NCBI GenBank assembly: GCA_013115145.1
Contig: JAAPAO010000071.1
Span: 27,532 to 91,531, forward strand
Length of the DNA stretch: 64,000 nucleotides
DNA from: Perkinsus chesapeaki ATCC PRA-425
Lineage: Eukaryota > Protista > Perkinsozoa
Reading direction: 5' to 3'
Part shown: one piece after another, positions 49,401 through 60,249 of the stretch
Layout: each line of letters begins with the position of its first letter
How positions within the stretch are numbered: the stretch's first letter is position 1
The notes under the pieces: model-generated
What the model saw: the letters and a program-made list of their open reading frames with translations, nothing else
Told to the model about the DNA's origin: nothing
The model's database searches: none
Position numbers and translations under genes: made by a program

Positions 49401-52400
49401 AGTACTCTTCTCCGCCGAGCGCCTGTAGGCTTCCACTAGAGTTGCTGGAATTTAGGAGGTACTCAAATGCATTAGGACCGACCGCGTCCCAGGAGGCTCC
49501 GTCCGTTAAACCAAATTCTAAGGTCACCGTTGTCGCCTCAAAATCTGCCAATTTCTGCTTCGCTCCGCTAACGCTTGAGGCTGTTCGACTGTCCACCGTT
49601 TGCACCATGACAACTGGCACGTGGGCATCTCCGCCGAAAAGCCACTCTAGGTCGATGCTGTCGAACGAACGGACTATTTCGATCTCGGCGAACTCGTTGT
49701 CAGAGAAGACATGGTAAGCCGGAGAGGAGAACTCGATGATCCCTTCCGAGATGCACCGGCCGTCCTTCATCACGAAGAGCGGGTCACAAGATAGGCATCG
49801 CTCCGTCGAGCAAGTCCGGCATCTCCGCCACCTCAGGTTACACTGGTGGCATCTTCCTGGTGGAAGAGTGGCGCTTCTGTTGGCAAGATCAGACGATACT
49901 AGGAAGTAGCCGGGCTCGCAACTAAGGCAGCGACCCGTCACGGGTTCACAGGTCGCGCAGTGCCTGAGGAAGAACTATGCAACTAAGAGATATGCATAGC
50001 GCCTATACTGTCGACCCAAAGTAATTGGTCCCTAGTGGGCGACAGGTGCTAGTCATGGATACCACACGTTTCTAATTTGTAAGGAATATATTTTCTCAGT
50101 GTGGTAAGAGCGCTCGATAAACGTAATAGCTAGGGGCAACAGTAGCCTGTTGCGATACCGAGGTCCCAGTAGGACTGGATGAGTCCCTTGGTCTATCCCG
50201 AGGTCTAGGAATCCGCCTCACTCCATCCGCTCACTCGCTGGAGGATGACGGATCAGTGGCGTCACATTTTGATAGTCACTGGCGTACACGAACATCTTGA
50301 CGCGCGGAGAGGGATATCGGAAATTTGCCTCCTTTCAGAGCATTAGTAGCCAACACTTCAAGGTCACAGAAGTAGGTCCTTCTCAGCGCCGGACCAGCTG
50401 TGGCTTGCTTACCCGTCACTGATGATCTTGCAGTTGGTGGGCATGTCGCACTTGTACGCGTTATATTGATCAAACTCGTACTCAGTTTCAGATGTCTGGC
50501 TGAAGCGCGTATCCCCGAAGACAAAGTCAGTGGGTGATACCGTCCTCGACGCCGAACGTCCACGCCACCTGATGGCTGACCGCTTCGAATGCATCAGGAG
50601 CAGCTCGAGACTGACCAAAAAGGCAGCTTATCAACGCCATCCGGGCCTTTGGTGACGAGGTGTGTCCAGCCCGGCTCACAGACACATCGGCCCGGTGATT
50701 CGCAATGGCCATGACCGCAATCAGAGGAGGGCTCTGGCCAGTGTTGACATAGGGGGTAGTCGCAGACGCGACCGCCCCAGCCAGGCTTGCATTTGCATAT
50801 ATCCGGGCAGATTGCCTCACCGTTGACACAAGGAGGATATGATATAGGCGTCTGAGATGGCTCGTACCGATGTGGCGATGAAGATACGGTAGCACCTCGC
50901 ATGACGGTCCGCTCCACCCGTAGAAGCATTCACATCGCCCTGGCCAGGAGCAAACACCTTGCCCGGCCTGCAACAAGTCATGTAGTTACGAAGATGCTGA
51001 CGCCCGACCTTGCATGGTGGATCGCATACTGCAATCTCACAGGACGGTCCCGACCAACCCTCGTCACAGTGGCACACATTAGGAGCCACGCACGCACCAT
51101 GGCGGCACTTCGGCCAACACAGTGGTTGATCGCAATTTGCGCCGTACCTACCAGCTGGCTATCGAGCGATCCCTACAGCCATGGTGGGTACCATTTGTCC
51201 GAGTCGCACATGCAGCAGCCCCCTGTGCAGGCTTTGTTGGTCCTGACGCACTCGGCCATGGCCGACATGCACGTCGGGGAGCTCTCGCATCGGCGCACCA
51301 AATCACAAAGACTCGGAAGGACACGCACCTAGCATGCCATGCAACCGGCTGACCAGGGAGAGCCTGCTTAATGTGGAGTACAGGAGCGCGTGAGAGGAAG
51401 AATTCCCAAACCACCGAGATTATCAAAAACCGGGCATGAATCCAAACGTGTATCATGTCGCGCGGAAGTTCAGGGCATTTCTCCCTCAAGAAACACACTC
51501 GGCACGATTATCACATTCGGATCTATCCAGCCCATTTCAATGGCCATCGTGCAACATGGTTGTCTAGTGCAGTGCTTAGGATGTAGATGGCATCCATGCG
51601 ACACATCTTCCGCCTCGGCCACTGTACACTGCTGTGTCTGGTTGCCACAATCGTAGCTGGACGTGATCGCATTACCGTGACTTCGATCGTTCATAATGCA
51701 TTGTCTGAAGCACGCCGAAGTTCACAAGCCCCACGGTAGCGCGGCGCTACCTTAGGGCCTCGGCGATGTCCACCTTCGTGCTGTAGCACTTGGACATCTC
51801 TCGCGGTTGCCCGCGCGTTGTCATACACCACGACGTGTACCTATCTTATCATACTGATGCTGAACACAGTGGGTTTCTGCGCTCACGTGACGCCCTTATC
51901 GGTGTAATCATCGGACAGGCACATATACGGACAGTTATTTATTGCACCAACAGACACACCGCACATGTAGGTGCATTCACCCGAACGACCAGCTGGATTC
52001 CGATAAGGGAAGTCGACGAGGTTCTGGTCAGACTGAGCAAACCCAGAACTCCACGCAGTGTCCAGCAAGGCCTCAGGGCTATCTACTTCTTGCTGTCGTG
52101 CCATACAGTTCGCAATGCATGTGGTCAAACAACAATCTCCGCCGTCATAATTGCACTCGTTCTGGTTCATATTGTTGGTGAGGTCGCACCTGCGTTGCGT
52201 CTACTCGAAGGCTTCTATATGCTCCCGCCACACCTTCCGTCTCCTCGTAACGTTTTATCGCATGTTACCACACTAGAGCTTCTAAGCTTGTCTCGCCAGG
52301 CGGTCAGATTCCATGCCGGGTCCGTGATCGACATGGCCTAATTTCGAAGTATCATGGAGTCTTTTTCGAGGAGTATTCGTCACCTCGCATGCTGGATCAG

Positions 52401-52464
52401 CAATCAGCTGCTGGGCGACTCTAGGGAGGAATGCTACCAACAGAAGGACAAAGAAGCATCTCAT
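34437..52464 (-). CDS. Giant multi-exon secreted mosaic adhesin-like protein (LNR, EGF, furin-like Cys repeats, Calx-beta, PA14, filamin/Ig, many sushi/CCP, LamG-like); might be two genes
   Basis: Signal peptide at ATG 52464 (MRCFFVLLLVAFLPRVAQ). Continuous minus-strand coding blocks 51883..52170, 50594..51330, 48208..49941, 47173..47913, 44602..46545, 42775..44316, 41081..42262, 37973..38530 and 34437..36137 are separated by short GT-AG gaps. Confidence 0.7.
34910..43700 (-). other. Array of at least ~15 sushi/CCP-like modules with two LamG-like inserts (~41081-41400 and ~38100-38330)
   Basis: Recurrent C-P...G(S/T)(V)A.(L)xC..GY....G.....C...G.W....L.C pattern, e.g. GSVAYMECADGYSPIGGASMLICGEDGLW and GTVATFTCQEGFTPVSGESVAIC. 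LamG-like ATVVMWVK and FSVAFWW. Confidence 0.8.
43700..48780 (-). other. Filamin/Ig-like repeats interleaved with two PA14-like domains (~48380-48780 and ~45000-45445)
   Basis: Repeated x-RDxxGN and (I/V)xGSPFx(V/I)xI motifs (DINGSPFEG, PIPGSPFLINI, ILGSPFKLEILPG, ITARDRYSNIV, VDTRDTFGN). PA14-like GVMAMYY...FVRWSGYL and GGLAAQWFSG...FSIRLIGHV. Confidence 0.7.
49270..49740 (-). other. Calx-beta-like domain of the giant protein
   Basis: IIEFSSPAYHVFSDNEFAEIEIVR...VQTVD..A...ADFEATTVTLEF...TMKIPIFDNGVYDADEKFFTVRL. Confidence 0.65.
50594..51200 (-). other. Tandem EGF-like repeats of the giant protein
   Basis: YGANCDQPLCWPKCRHGACVAPNVCHCDEGWSGPSCE; GQGVCSWPGRCECFYGWSGPSCE; CVNGEAICPDICKCKPGWGGRVCD; CGHGHCESPGRCVCEPGW. 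Confidence 0.85.
52129..52188 (-). other. LNR/Notch-like module of the giant protein
   Basis: CDLTNNMNQNECNYDGGDCC. Confidence 0.7.
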
Positions 52465-52758
52465 GGTCAACGAGTTCAACTTGAGAAGGACGAAACTCGC
52501 TGGTATGGCGGAGGTAATGTAGACGATTTGTGAAGCAGCGGGTAGTCCCACCTGCAATTCAAAGGGAAGCAGCAACGCGTTCACTCGCTTCTTCCAACTA
52601 GTGGATGATTTCGCTGTGTACACTGAGATTGTAAATTGTGACAGCGCAAGACACATAATGCTGGAAAAGCCGATGAACGGCACGTGAAGGTCCTTCAGGA
52701 AGGAACCAACAAAGGAGTATGCCGATGCGATGAAATGGCGCCGATAATCGCCTCATAA

Positions 52759-55068
52759 TCATAGACAATTGCTGCTTGCATTCTCATCACCATTCTCCGT
52801 CCCGGCAGGACTGGTACAAAAATCATCGAGACCTGGCGGAATCTCCGGGTCGAGTCTCCTCTCGCACATGGCCTTCGGATTGTAGCAGCCACGCCGTTGG
52901 TTATTATTAGACCGTTCGATATCAGTTGCAACGAAGATGTCCGCGGGGATGAATTCCGAATGGACAAAGTGTCGCTGCTCGAGATAGCACCAGAAGAGGA
53001 CCGTTGCAACAAATAACGGAATCATCAACGGCGACGCCACTATGGCGCGCTTCGTTGCCAGCACACCTATTAAAGTGAACTGGGCAAGGATCATACAGAA
53101 CAAAATGATCCTGATCGCTCTGGGCCATAGACGACCGCCAGTATCACTACTGGGATCGTAAACAGAGGCGAATTCTATCTTGTATACAACAGTGTAGCAC
53201 GAGAAAGCGAAAGCCATTACCACGCACACAATAGGGGACATCACCGAGTAAACTAGTAGTATCATAAAAAACAACATCTGGATTGAATGGATCCAATCCG
53301 CCTCTAGCTGCGCCGGTATGCTCAAAGGCTTGAGGAATAGAAATGGTCTGCTGCACTCTTTCTTTGAAAGATGAGGGCCGACGCACTTTCTTAGGACAGC
53401 GAGAAGAGCTGGTACAAAGCGGGTGAACTCCAGCGTCAGACTTATGCCGATTTGAGCAAAGACAAAAGTGATGAAGTAGTTAGACTGCCTTGGCAGGTTG
53501 ATCGCCAAAGCCTTTTGGAGGGTATCCAGGGGTCTGTCCATGATGTCTTTCAAGCCACTTAGCAGACTCCCAGCAATAGCGCTCACACAAAAAGTTTGCA
53601 CAATATAAAATATAGCGAGTTTAGTGAAAACCGACGTCTCCAATGTTGACAGCGAAACGTGCCCCTCCAGCTTCGAAAAAAATCTAAGTATGACTGGGAG
53701 GAGCTCGTTCAGTATTGCCAGCGCAGTGGGGGAGACTAGCTGGAGCAGAATATCCAAGGGTGGCCATGAATCCGAGGCTCGCTTCAGGAAAGAGATCTGC
53801 TCCTTCAAGAACGACACCTTTGAAATGGAAACGACAAATGTTACAGGAATTGTCCAAAAAATACACAGCGTGATGGTGGACGCGAGAGAGACCAAGAACC
53901 CCAGCTGTTGCACAGCGTGAGGAATACCAACATTGGTCCAGTAGACCTTTTCGGGGAGCGGCGCTGGCTCGATACAAAGCGCGAACGGTGATCGGTAGAG
54001 TTGTATTTGGAGAGCAATCATAGTGGCTTGCAATGTTCTAAATGTTACAAAGCCGGCCGGCATCGCACGGAATCTTTTCGACGGCACGATCTTCTGTAGA
54101 GGCGTCAAAGGAATCATTTTCGTCACTTCGGCCACACCGACCATCTTTCGCTGACCAGCATCCTCCTCGGATGCCTCCTGAAACGCCTCAGCTTCATCTA
54201 TTGCACTCCCAATGAGCTGGTTCAACGTAGCCAGTTCCGAAGTCAGTGATGTTATAGTGTCGACCTTCTCCTTCGAACACATAGCCGTGCGCTTCTTCAG
54301 ACGGCGACCTTTCACCTTAAATACGTTGTAGGCATGCTCGAGTTCCAAGACCAAAGCCTCTCGCCTCTTCACCATCCCTTCGAGCTGCGATACATCCAGA
54401 GCCACCGAGACGTCGACAACACCGTCCGTGATGAATGCATCGAAAAAATCCCGAAGGCGTCGGTTTGAACGTATAGAAGGAGGGATTTGCCTCACAAAAA
54501 CCGTGTAGCTCGCTAAGTTGTTCCGAGACATCCAAGCGTGGCGTTTCGGCGTGTACCACGCGAACTCTCTGTACAGGGAAAACAAAGCAAAACCGAAGAT
54601 AACATAGGCAGCTATCACAGTAGCGAGCATAGCAGTGCTTCCAGCGGGCAAATGGCTCAAGGTCCATCTCGACAGCTCATCGGCAGGGCCATGGTCAATG
54701 CCTTTGTACTTGTAAATAGGAACCAGGTAAACGGCATTGAAAGCGCCCACCAGAGCAATCTTTGTCCCCAGTCTAAGCAGGCGGATGAGGGCTGCGGCGT
54801 CCAAGCCAGCGTTCTCCAACAGCTCGTCATCAGTGATGCGCATGGCACCGACAATCCAACCAAATGAACGATAGACCCTCGAGGACAGGGCGCAATTCAG
54901 TTCCCGAATACATACTCTAGGCTGATAGAGACTGAGCAGTCTCGGTCTCAGAAAGGTGTAAAGGATGCCGGCACAGGCGAAGGTGCCAACATAGATACCG
55001 AAGGAAAGCACTACAGCACTCTGAGCGAGCTGCGAGGCATGTGGAGGGACTATGGAAGGAGATGACAT
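52759..55068 (-). CDS. Intronless OSCA/CSC1/TMEM63 (RSN1/DUF221) mechanosensitive or calcium-permeable channel
   Basis: N-terminal TM + LYQPR, AGLDAAALIRLL, SYTVFVRQIP, AGFVTF, EPAPLPEKVYWTN, multiple TMs, NYFITFV, YSVMSPI, DTGGRLWPRA. Likely ATG at 55068. Confidence 0.93.
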   Translation of the reverse strand: MSSPSIVPPHASQLAQSAVVLSFGIYVGTFACAGILYTFLRPRLLSLYQPRVCIRELNCALSSRVYRSFGWIVGAMRITDDELLENAGLDAAALIRLLRLGTKIALVGAFNAVYLVPIYKYKGIDHGPADELSRWTLSHLPAGSTAMLATVIAAYVIFGFALFSLYREFAWYTPKRHAWMSRNNLASYTVFVRQIPPSIRSNRRLRDFFDAFITDGVVDVSVALDVSQLEGMVKRREALVLELEHAYNVFKVKGRRLKKRTAMCSKEKVDTITSLTSELATLNQLIGSAIDEAEAFQEASEEDAGQRKMVGVAEVTKMIPLTPLQKIVPSKRFRAMPAGFVTFRTLQATMIALQIQLYRSPFALCIEPAPLPEKVYWTNVGIPHAVQQLGFLVSLASTITLCIFWTIPVTFVVSISKVSFLKEQISFLKRASDSWPPLDILLQLVSPTALAILNELLPVILRFFSKLEGHVSLSTLETSVFTKLAIFYIVQTFCVSAIAGSLLSGLKDIMDRPLDTLQKALAINLPRQSNYFITFVFAQIGISLTLEFTRFVPALLAVLRKCVGPHLSKKECSRPFLFLKPLSIPAQLEADWIHSIQMLFFMILLVYSVMSPIVCVVMAFAFSCYTVVYKIEFASVYDPSSDTGGRLWPRAIRIILFCMILAQFTLIGVLATKRAIVASPLMIPLFVATVLFWCYLEQRHFVHSEFIPADIFVATDIERSNNNQRRGCYNPKAMCERRLDPEIPPGLDDFCTSPAGTENGDENASSNCL

Positions 55069-55312
55069 ACCAGTCTGAACTTGACGTGTGGGAGACAAAC
55101 GCTACAGCGAGGAGTAGCGAAAGTTTACAAAGGGAACTAAAAAGTCCTTTTGCTCTAGTGCCTTAAGATACTTTATATTAGTTTTTCACTAAGAATGTTA
55201 CCAAAAACCGTAAAGGCACTAAAGAATGAAAACAACGGGTAGAATGTTGATAGAAAACCCATGAAAAAGGCACTATAAAATCAAAACGCTGTAAAACAGA
55301 AACAAGTTAGAA

Positions 55313-57424
55313 TCATGCTCGATGAAATGCATCCACAACAAGCTCACGGACGTATCTATGCGCGCTCTCCTTGCCGCCTGTGAGATAACGCTGACTGAAC
55401 TCGGCGATGCTCACACGAGCGAGACCAGCGTTCAGCAACTTGCTCGCCATTTTGCCTTTCCAAGCACTTCGGACATTCAGCCGACGACAGTCCTCTCCTC
55501 TGGCCGACCTCAGAAAGTGGCCCGGGCCGTCGGCCTCCACGACGACCTTCTGACCAACGCCATTCGTAACGAGCGCGTCCACGGGCCCCACGGCCGTTTC
55601 AGCCTCTTGCCTGACCAGCATATCGTGAGGAAGGCCCGTAAGGGCTTCGAACACTTGAAGTTGGAAATGACTGTGTGTTGGGGACGGCCAAATAATACCC
55701 TCCGGTACCGGAGCGCCGCGCTCTACTGCGCAGCTGACCTTAACCTGAGCAATCTGGGACGAGGCAGCTTCAGAGCGCGCCTCAAAGCTTGCCTCATCGA
55801 CCCAATGGAGACACTGAGACGCTACATCTGTTCTGCCGGCGACGGCAAACGACGCTGCCAAGTGCGCTAGTTCTTCAGTACCGCACTTGGGGAGAATGGA
55901 AGGAAGATACTCGACGAGGCAATCGAATTGAGGACAGGACGCCCACGGTGTGTACATCTGCGAGCAGGCCCACACAATGGCGACGTAATGCTTCGGTGCC
56001 ACAGAGCCATCAAGCGTCATAGTGGACACCAAGCGTGGCACTAGACTGTCGTCGAAGTACCCGGCATCCACCAAAGCCCAGAGGCACTTGGACACTTGTG
56101 CTGGGCTGTGCGGTGAAGACCGTTCGAGAGCTCCGCAGAGCACGCCAGCGCCGTCTCGACACAGAACGCTCAGAGCTGCCCAGAAGAGCGTGGGGATATC
56201 TTTGGTGGAAAGTTTGTTCAGATTATCCATCGCCGCCCGGGCAAGTAAGGCGACCATTCCTCTGTCCTCCTTTGCATAACACCAACACAGAGCCACCATC
56301 GTTGTAGGATTCATAGACCGCAGGCGAGAGCGCAAAGTCGGGGCCACCGTGTCGAGCAACTTGACGTAGAGAACACCTACTGTGTGGTCTCGAGCCGCCC
56401 AGACCCCAACGCCCCAGAGGCAGTTGGCAATTGCGCGCGGCTCAATTTCGGGGAAACGAGTGAGCAGGTCAGTCCCGAGCGCCCCGACAGTTTCCTTGAT
56501 AACAGGAAGCTGCCAGTCAGCAGGGGTTTTACCGAGGGCCCAGAGAACGTTGGCCAAGCTTTGAGGGGACAAACAACAGCGCCGCGACGGAACTGGTAGC
56601 CATTTTTCACAGACGTTAGCGAAGACCACTCGGCTTCCCTCAGGAAGTTCCATGGTCGCCAGAGCCCAGAGAATGTTGGATACGTGCTGGCCCTCATAGG
56701 CATCGAACTTAACGCTGATATGACGGCTGATGTTACCAAGCACGGACGGTGAGACCGAGTGGGCCAGTTTACCGTACGACCACAGAATGTTGGCAACCGA
56801 CTGTGGGCTGTAGGCTGCTAATTCCCCCAAGCATGGTAATGCTTTATCCATGATTCGATGGACCTGACCCGCCTCGAAACGCGACTCGTTCTTGGCGAGG
56901 GTGTACAAGGCCGAAGAAAGTGCTTGCGAAGACATGGCAGTGACATTCTCTTCTACGAGCTGCAAAAGCTCTAATAAAGAGTTTCTATCAGCAGAATCTC
57001 GGCCAAGCTTGCCAACAGACCAGAGAAGCATGCTGTACTGGTCCGGCTCGTAGCGCCGTATCCGGTCCCGATGGAGGGCGGTGGCGACAAGCGATCGAAC
57101 AAAGGGGAGGTCTGAATGCTCCGCCACTTTGGCGAGGCGCTGCAGGGCCGCAGTGAAATGCATCGGATGCCAGTCTTTGAATTTCAGAGTCTTCTCGGTG
57201 GTGCCTAGCAGGATTAGTTCTCTCCTGTTCGCCCGCGATATTCGATCCAGCAACCGCGGCAAAGGGATACGCAGTTGCGTGCCGGACATGGGGACAAATT
57301 GCACAATTCTAGGTGGTAAAAGTGAATAAATCGAACCCAACTCCACCCTCCTTGTAGGCATACAACTATTCTCATCATTAAGTCCGTCGCCATAACAGGC
57401 GCTCTTCAGGGTTGCTAAGCGCAT
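55313..57424 (-). CDS. Intronless OPR/HPR-repeat protein with a C-terminal RAP domain (organellar RNA binding/processing)
   Basis: ~38-aa helical repeats (YSPQSVANILWSYGKL; YEGQHVSNILWALATM; LSPQSLANVLWALGK; IEPRAIANCLWGVG). RAP-like SHFQLQVFEAL...VDALV...VVEADGPGHF. Start codon uncertain. Confidence 0.85.
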   Translation of the reverse strand: MRLATLKSACYGDGLNDENSCMPTRRVELGSIYSLLPPRIVQFVPMSGTQLRIPLPRLLDRISRANRRELILLGTTEKTLKFKDWHPMHFTAALQRLAKVAEHSDLPFVRSLVATALHRDRIRRYEPDQYSMLLWSVGKLGRDSADRNSLLELLQLVEENVTAMSSQALSSALYTLAKNESRFEAGQVHRIMDKALPCLGELAAYSPQSVANILWSYGKLAHSVSPSVLGNISRHISVKFDAYEGQHVSNILWALATMELPEGSRVVFANVCEKWLPVPSRRCCLSPQSLANVLWALGKTPADWQLPVIKETVGALGTDLLTRFPEIEPRAIANCLWGVGVWAARDHTVGVLYVKLLDTVAPTLRSRLRSMNPTTMVALCWCYAKEDRGMVALLARAAMDNLNKLSTKDIPTLFWAALSVLCRDGAGVLCGALERSSPHSPAQVSKCLWALVDAGYFDDSLVPRLVSTMTLDGSVAPKHYVAIVWACSQMYTPWASCPQFDCLVEYLPSILPKCGTEELAHLAASFAVAGRTDVASQCLHWVDEASFEARSEAASSQIAQVKVSCAVERGAPVPEGIIWPSPTHSHFQLQVFEALTGLPHDMLVRQEAETAVGPVDALVTNGVGQKVVVEADGPGHFLRSARGEDCRRLNVRSAWKGKMASKLLNAGLARVSIAEFSQRYLTGGKESAHRYVRELVVDAFHRA

Positions 57425-58042
57425 CCGAAATTTTCCTGGACAGAGTTTTAGCCCGGACACATGTAGGCGAGCACTTTCAACGACTGCTCTTACGAGAGTT
57501 GTTGTTTGAAGCTAAGCCTGGGTATTCACCACATAGAAGTAACTTACGATGACGAACGAAAATGGAAAGCCACTTAAAATGCTAAGAGACTATAAGGAGG
57601 TCAACACCATTAGGTGCAATGTATAACTATGCAACCAGAAATGCCCCAATAACTTCGATGGTGCCGATTTGCTCCGACGAGGCAAAAAAATCGACCCAGT
57701 GAACATTCAATGAAGACACCGCAGTTTTGCCATAGGCCAAGTTGGTCACAAAACCTCCGTATAGATGTGGGACTGTCCCCGAGTATATATGATTATAAGC
57801 CATATACGAGATTTATAATAGCTACCTTATTACTGGGCAATTTATCACCATCTTAAAAAACCAAACACTATCTTTTATAATTTACAGGACGTTATAAATA
57901 ATAGTAGAACTATGGTACAATGCAAAAGCAGGTGGTTGGAGTGCAGCACTACAACAAAGACGACGACGGCAGGCCAGGCCAAGCCGGATGGAGCTGCATG
58001 CTCGCCTACCCAGCTTGATGTAATTCGGACTAAATGGTACAG

Positions 58043-59660
58043 TCAGACAAAGTCGCCGCTCGCCTCGTCCGCAGCCTCCCAGTTCTCGGCTCCAAGAAAT
58101 GCTAGTTCGGTCGCCGGTGAGTCTGCGGTGTTCTGTGGCGACGAGTTCTCAGTTACTCGCCTCAAGCCGTCGACAAGCCCCTTATCGTCGACATCTGCCG
58201 AATTCAAAAGTCTCCTAGCGGCGAAGTTAAAAGTCTCTGGTGCAACCGCTGCGGCTGGTGGTCGCATCGCCATACTGTTGGCGACCGCCATCTGGCCAAG
58301 TCTCAGCCACTCCGATTGCCAGTACTGCAGAGCCTGGTACCTCTGAATATCAGCCAGATTCGGGCCCGGGAACTCCTGCCGTGCCTTGGGCTTTGGTTTC
58401 GGCTTTCGGGCTGCCTTGCTCTCGTTCCTAGGCGGGACCACTCGTAGCGTCGCCGACTTCAACGTTGGTCCCTGCCCTGCATACTTGAACGGCAGCTGGT
58501 TCGTCAAAGGTGGCTGGGTCGGCGGAGAGGCATTAGATACCAGCAGAGGGCTTTTAGCGCAATCGCTCAGCTGTGGTTTTTCTGGTTGAAGCACTAGTCG
58601 ACTTGGCAGTTGATACGACAACCTCTTTATAGCCGCTTGGACCCTCAGACGTATATCGGGCCGACTCTCCTGGAACGGCACTGGCACTGGGCTGGACATA
58701 GCCAAACGATGCTGCCGCCAGAGTTCGCGGAGCCTCGACCCCGCAGCCTGGGCCCGGGCGATTGCATGACCGTTGGTGCCCAAAACAGAGCCATAGTAGC
58801 CCATTTGATGAGCGCTCCTCTGTAGCGGTCTTTCCATCACGACGAGGCCCAAAGACGGACGATAGTGGTGAGGCGAGAAGTCGGACACAACGAGTTGAAC
58901 ATCTTCAGGGGACAGATACGTACCACTCTCACCGGCAAGCCGGCCCGCAATCCCTGCAAAGTCGGGCCGACCCCCTGAGCCCGGCGCGTCAGCCTCCTTG
59001 GCGTACTCCGCGATGATCTGCCTCACAATGGGCAACCGCAAATACAGTAGGTGGGGGTCGCGCTGCCGACTCTCTCGCTCGACCAAAAGCTGCAGCTTTG
59101 GCGCTTCCAGTGTTGATCTCTTCGTTCGTTTAGCCGCCCGAGCCTGCTCCGGATTCTGCCCTCGACGCTTGCGTCCCTTCAGACCTTCCAGTTTGTTGCC
59201 GCCACGAGTTCGCCGATGTCGGAGCTTGTTATCAGAATCCGTGGGTGACTAAAGAGAAACAAGCCCAGAAGAATGAGCAACTCGCAAATCTACGAGCCAG
59301 ACTGCATTTCCCATTTTCTACGAAACCTTCAAGTGCTGCTTCAACTACTGGGAGTTTCATCAATTTGTAGTTGAACAATGAGTCGAACTATCAGTTCTTG
59401 TTTCACGAGCTCAAACCAGCACTAGTCCTAGTGGATAGCCGTGATCACCCGCGGGGAAAACTTCCAAGTCGACTAATCCAGTCAAACAAATCTTCCAATT
59501 CGCCTACCTGCCGTGGTAGGTGCTCGGCCTTCTCCTGTTCCCATGAGCCTCTTCCCCGGGTCGAGTCGCCCGCCGAGCCCGACGCAGTTGTCGAGGCCGC
59601 TGAGGTGCTGCTGGTATCCAAGTTGGTGGTGTAGGAGGCAGGTGGTTGAGAACGCTCCAT
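58043..59660 (-). CDS. Hypothetical protein (at least two exons)
   Basis: 347-aa open block 58043..59086 extends in frame to an AG at ~59250; upstream exon starts at ATG 59660 (MERSQPP...). No domain recognised. Confidence 0.55.
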
Positions 59661-59733
59661 TGGGAGAAAACGCAGCCCCCTACAAAATCGTCACCGGCAA
59701 CGCGAGACTTTACTAGTACGCCACTAGAACGTA

Positions 59734-59806
59734 GGTCTCGTGGCCTAATGGATATGGCGTTGGTCTTCGGAACCAAAGATTGTGGGTTCGAGTCCCACCG
59801 AGATCG
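59734..59806 (+). tRNA. trnR(UCG): tRNA-Arg (anticodon UCG)
   Basis: Acceptor GGTCTCG/CGAGATC; D arm GCC-TAATGGATAT-GGC; anticodon stem TTGGT/ACCAA with loop CT-TCG-GA (TCG at 59767-59769); T arm GTGGG-TTCGAGT-CCCAC; TTTT Pol III terminator at 59807-59810. Confidence 0.96.
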
Positions 59807-60249
59807 TTTTCGCCAAGGGATTTATTAAATCCCTTGGCCAAACAGTGAACGCGAGATTCCAAAACGGCGCTACTTGAACAGGCGGACTAACGACCCCAAA
59901 CGGACCTGTAATCCCCATACAAACACGCCAGAGGAAGGCGAATATTCCCACATGGCGGTAAGGGAGGAGAAATTCAGGTCGATCTTGCTTGGGTCTCCCA
60001 GCAACGAAGCGTATTGCCTATAGCGATTCAGTGAATAAATTAAAAGGGTCGAAATAGCGGCCATTGGCCGCCGGCCAATAATTCCCCTACAGACTGACAC
60101 CATTGATTGCTGACACTCGACTATCTTAAGGTAGCAGAAGAAACGTACTGTAGATATTAACAACGTCAGTGAAGGGAGGAATAACGGTTTGAGTGACCGT
60201 GTGTGAGCAACCAAAGGCAAGAAAGTCAATCCATCGGCTCTATTCGAAA

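Noticed and set aside
51790-52341. 183-aa plus-strand ORF (and similar ones such as 55322..55870, 49247..49717 and 46028..46432)
   Set aside because: Antisense shadows of well-supported minus-strand genes, with no motifs of their own.
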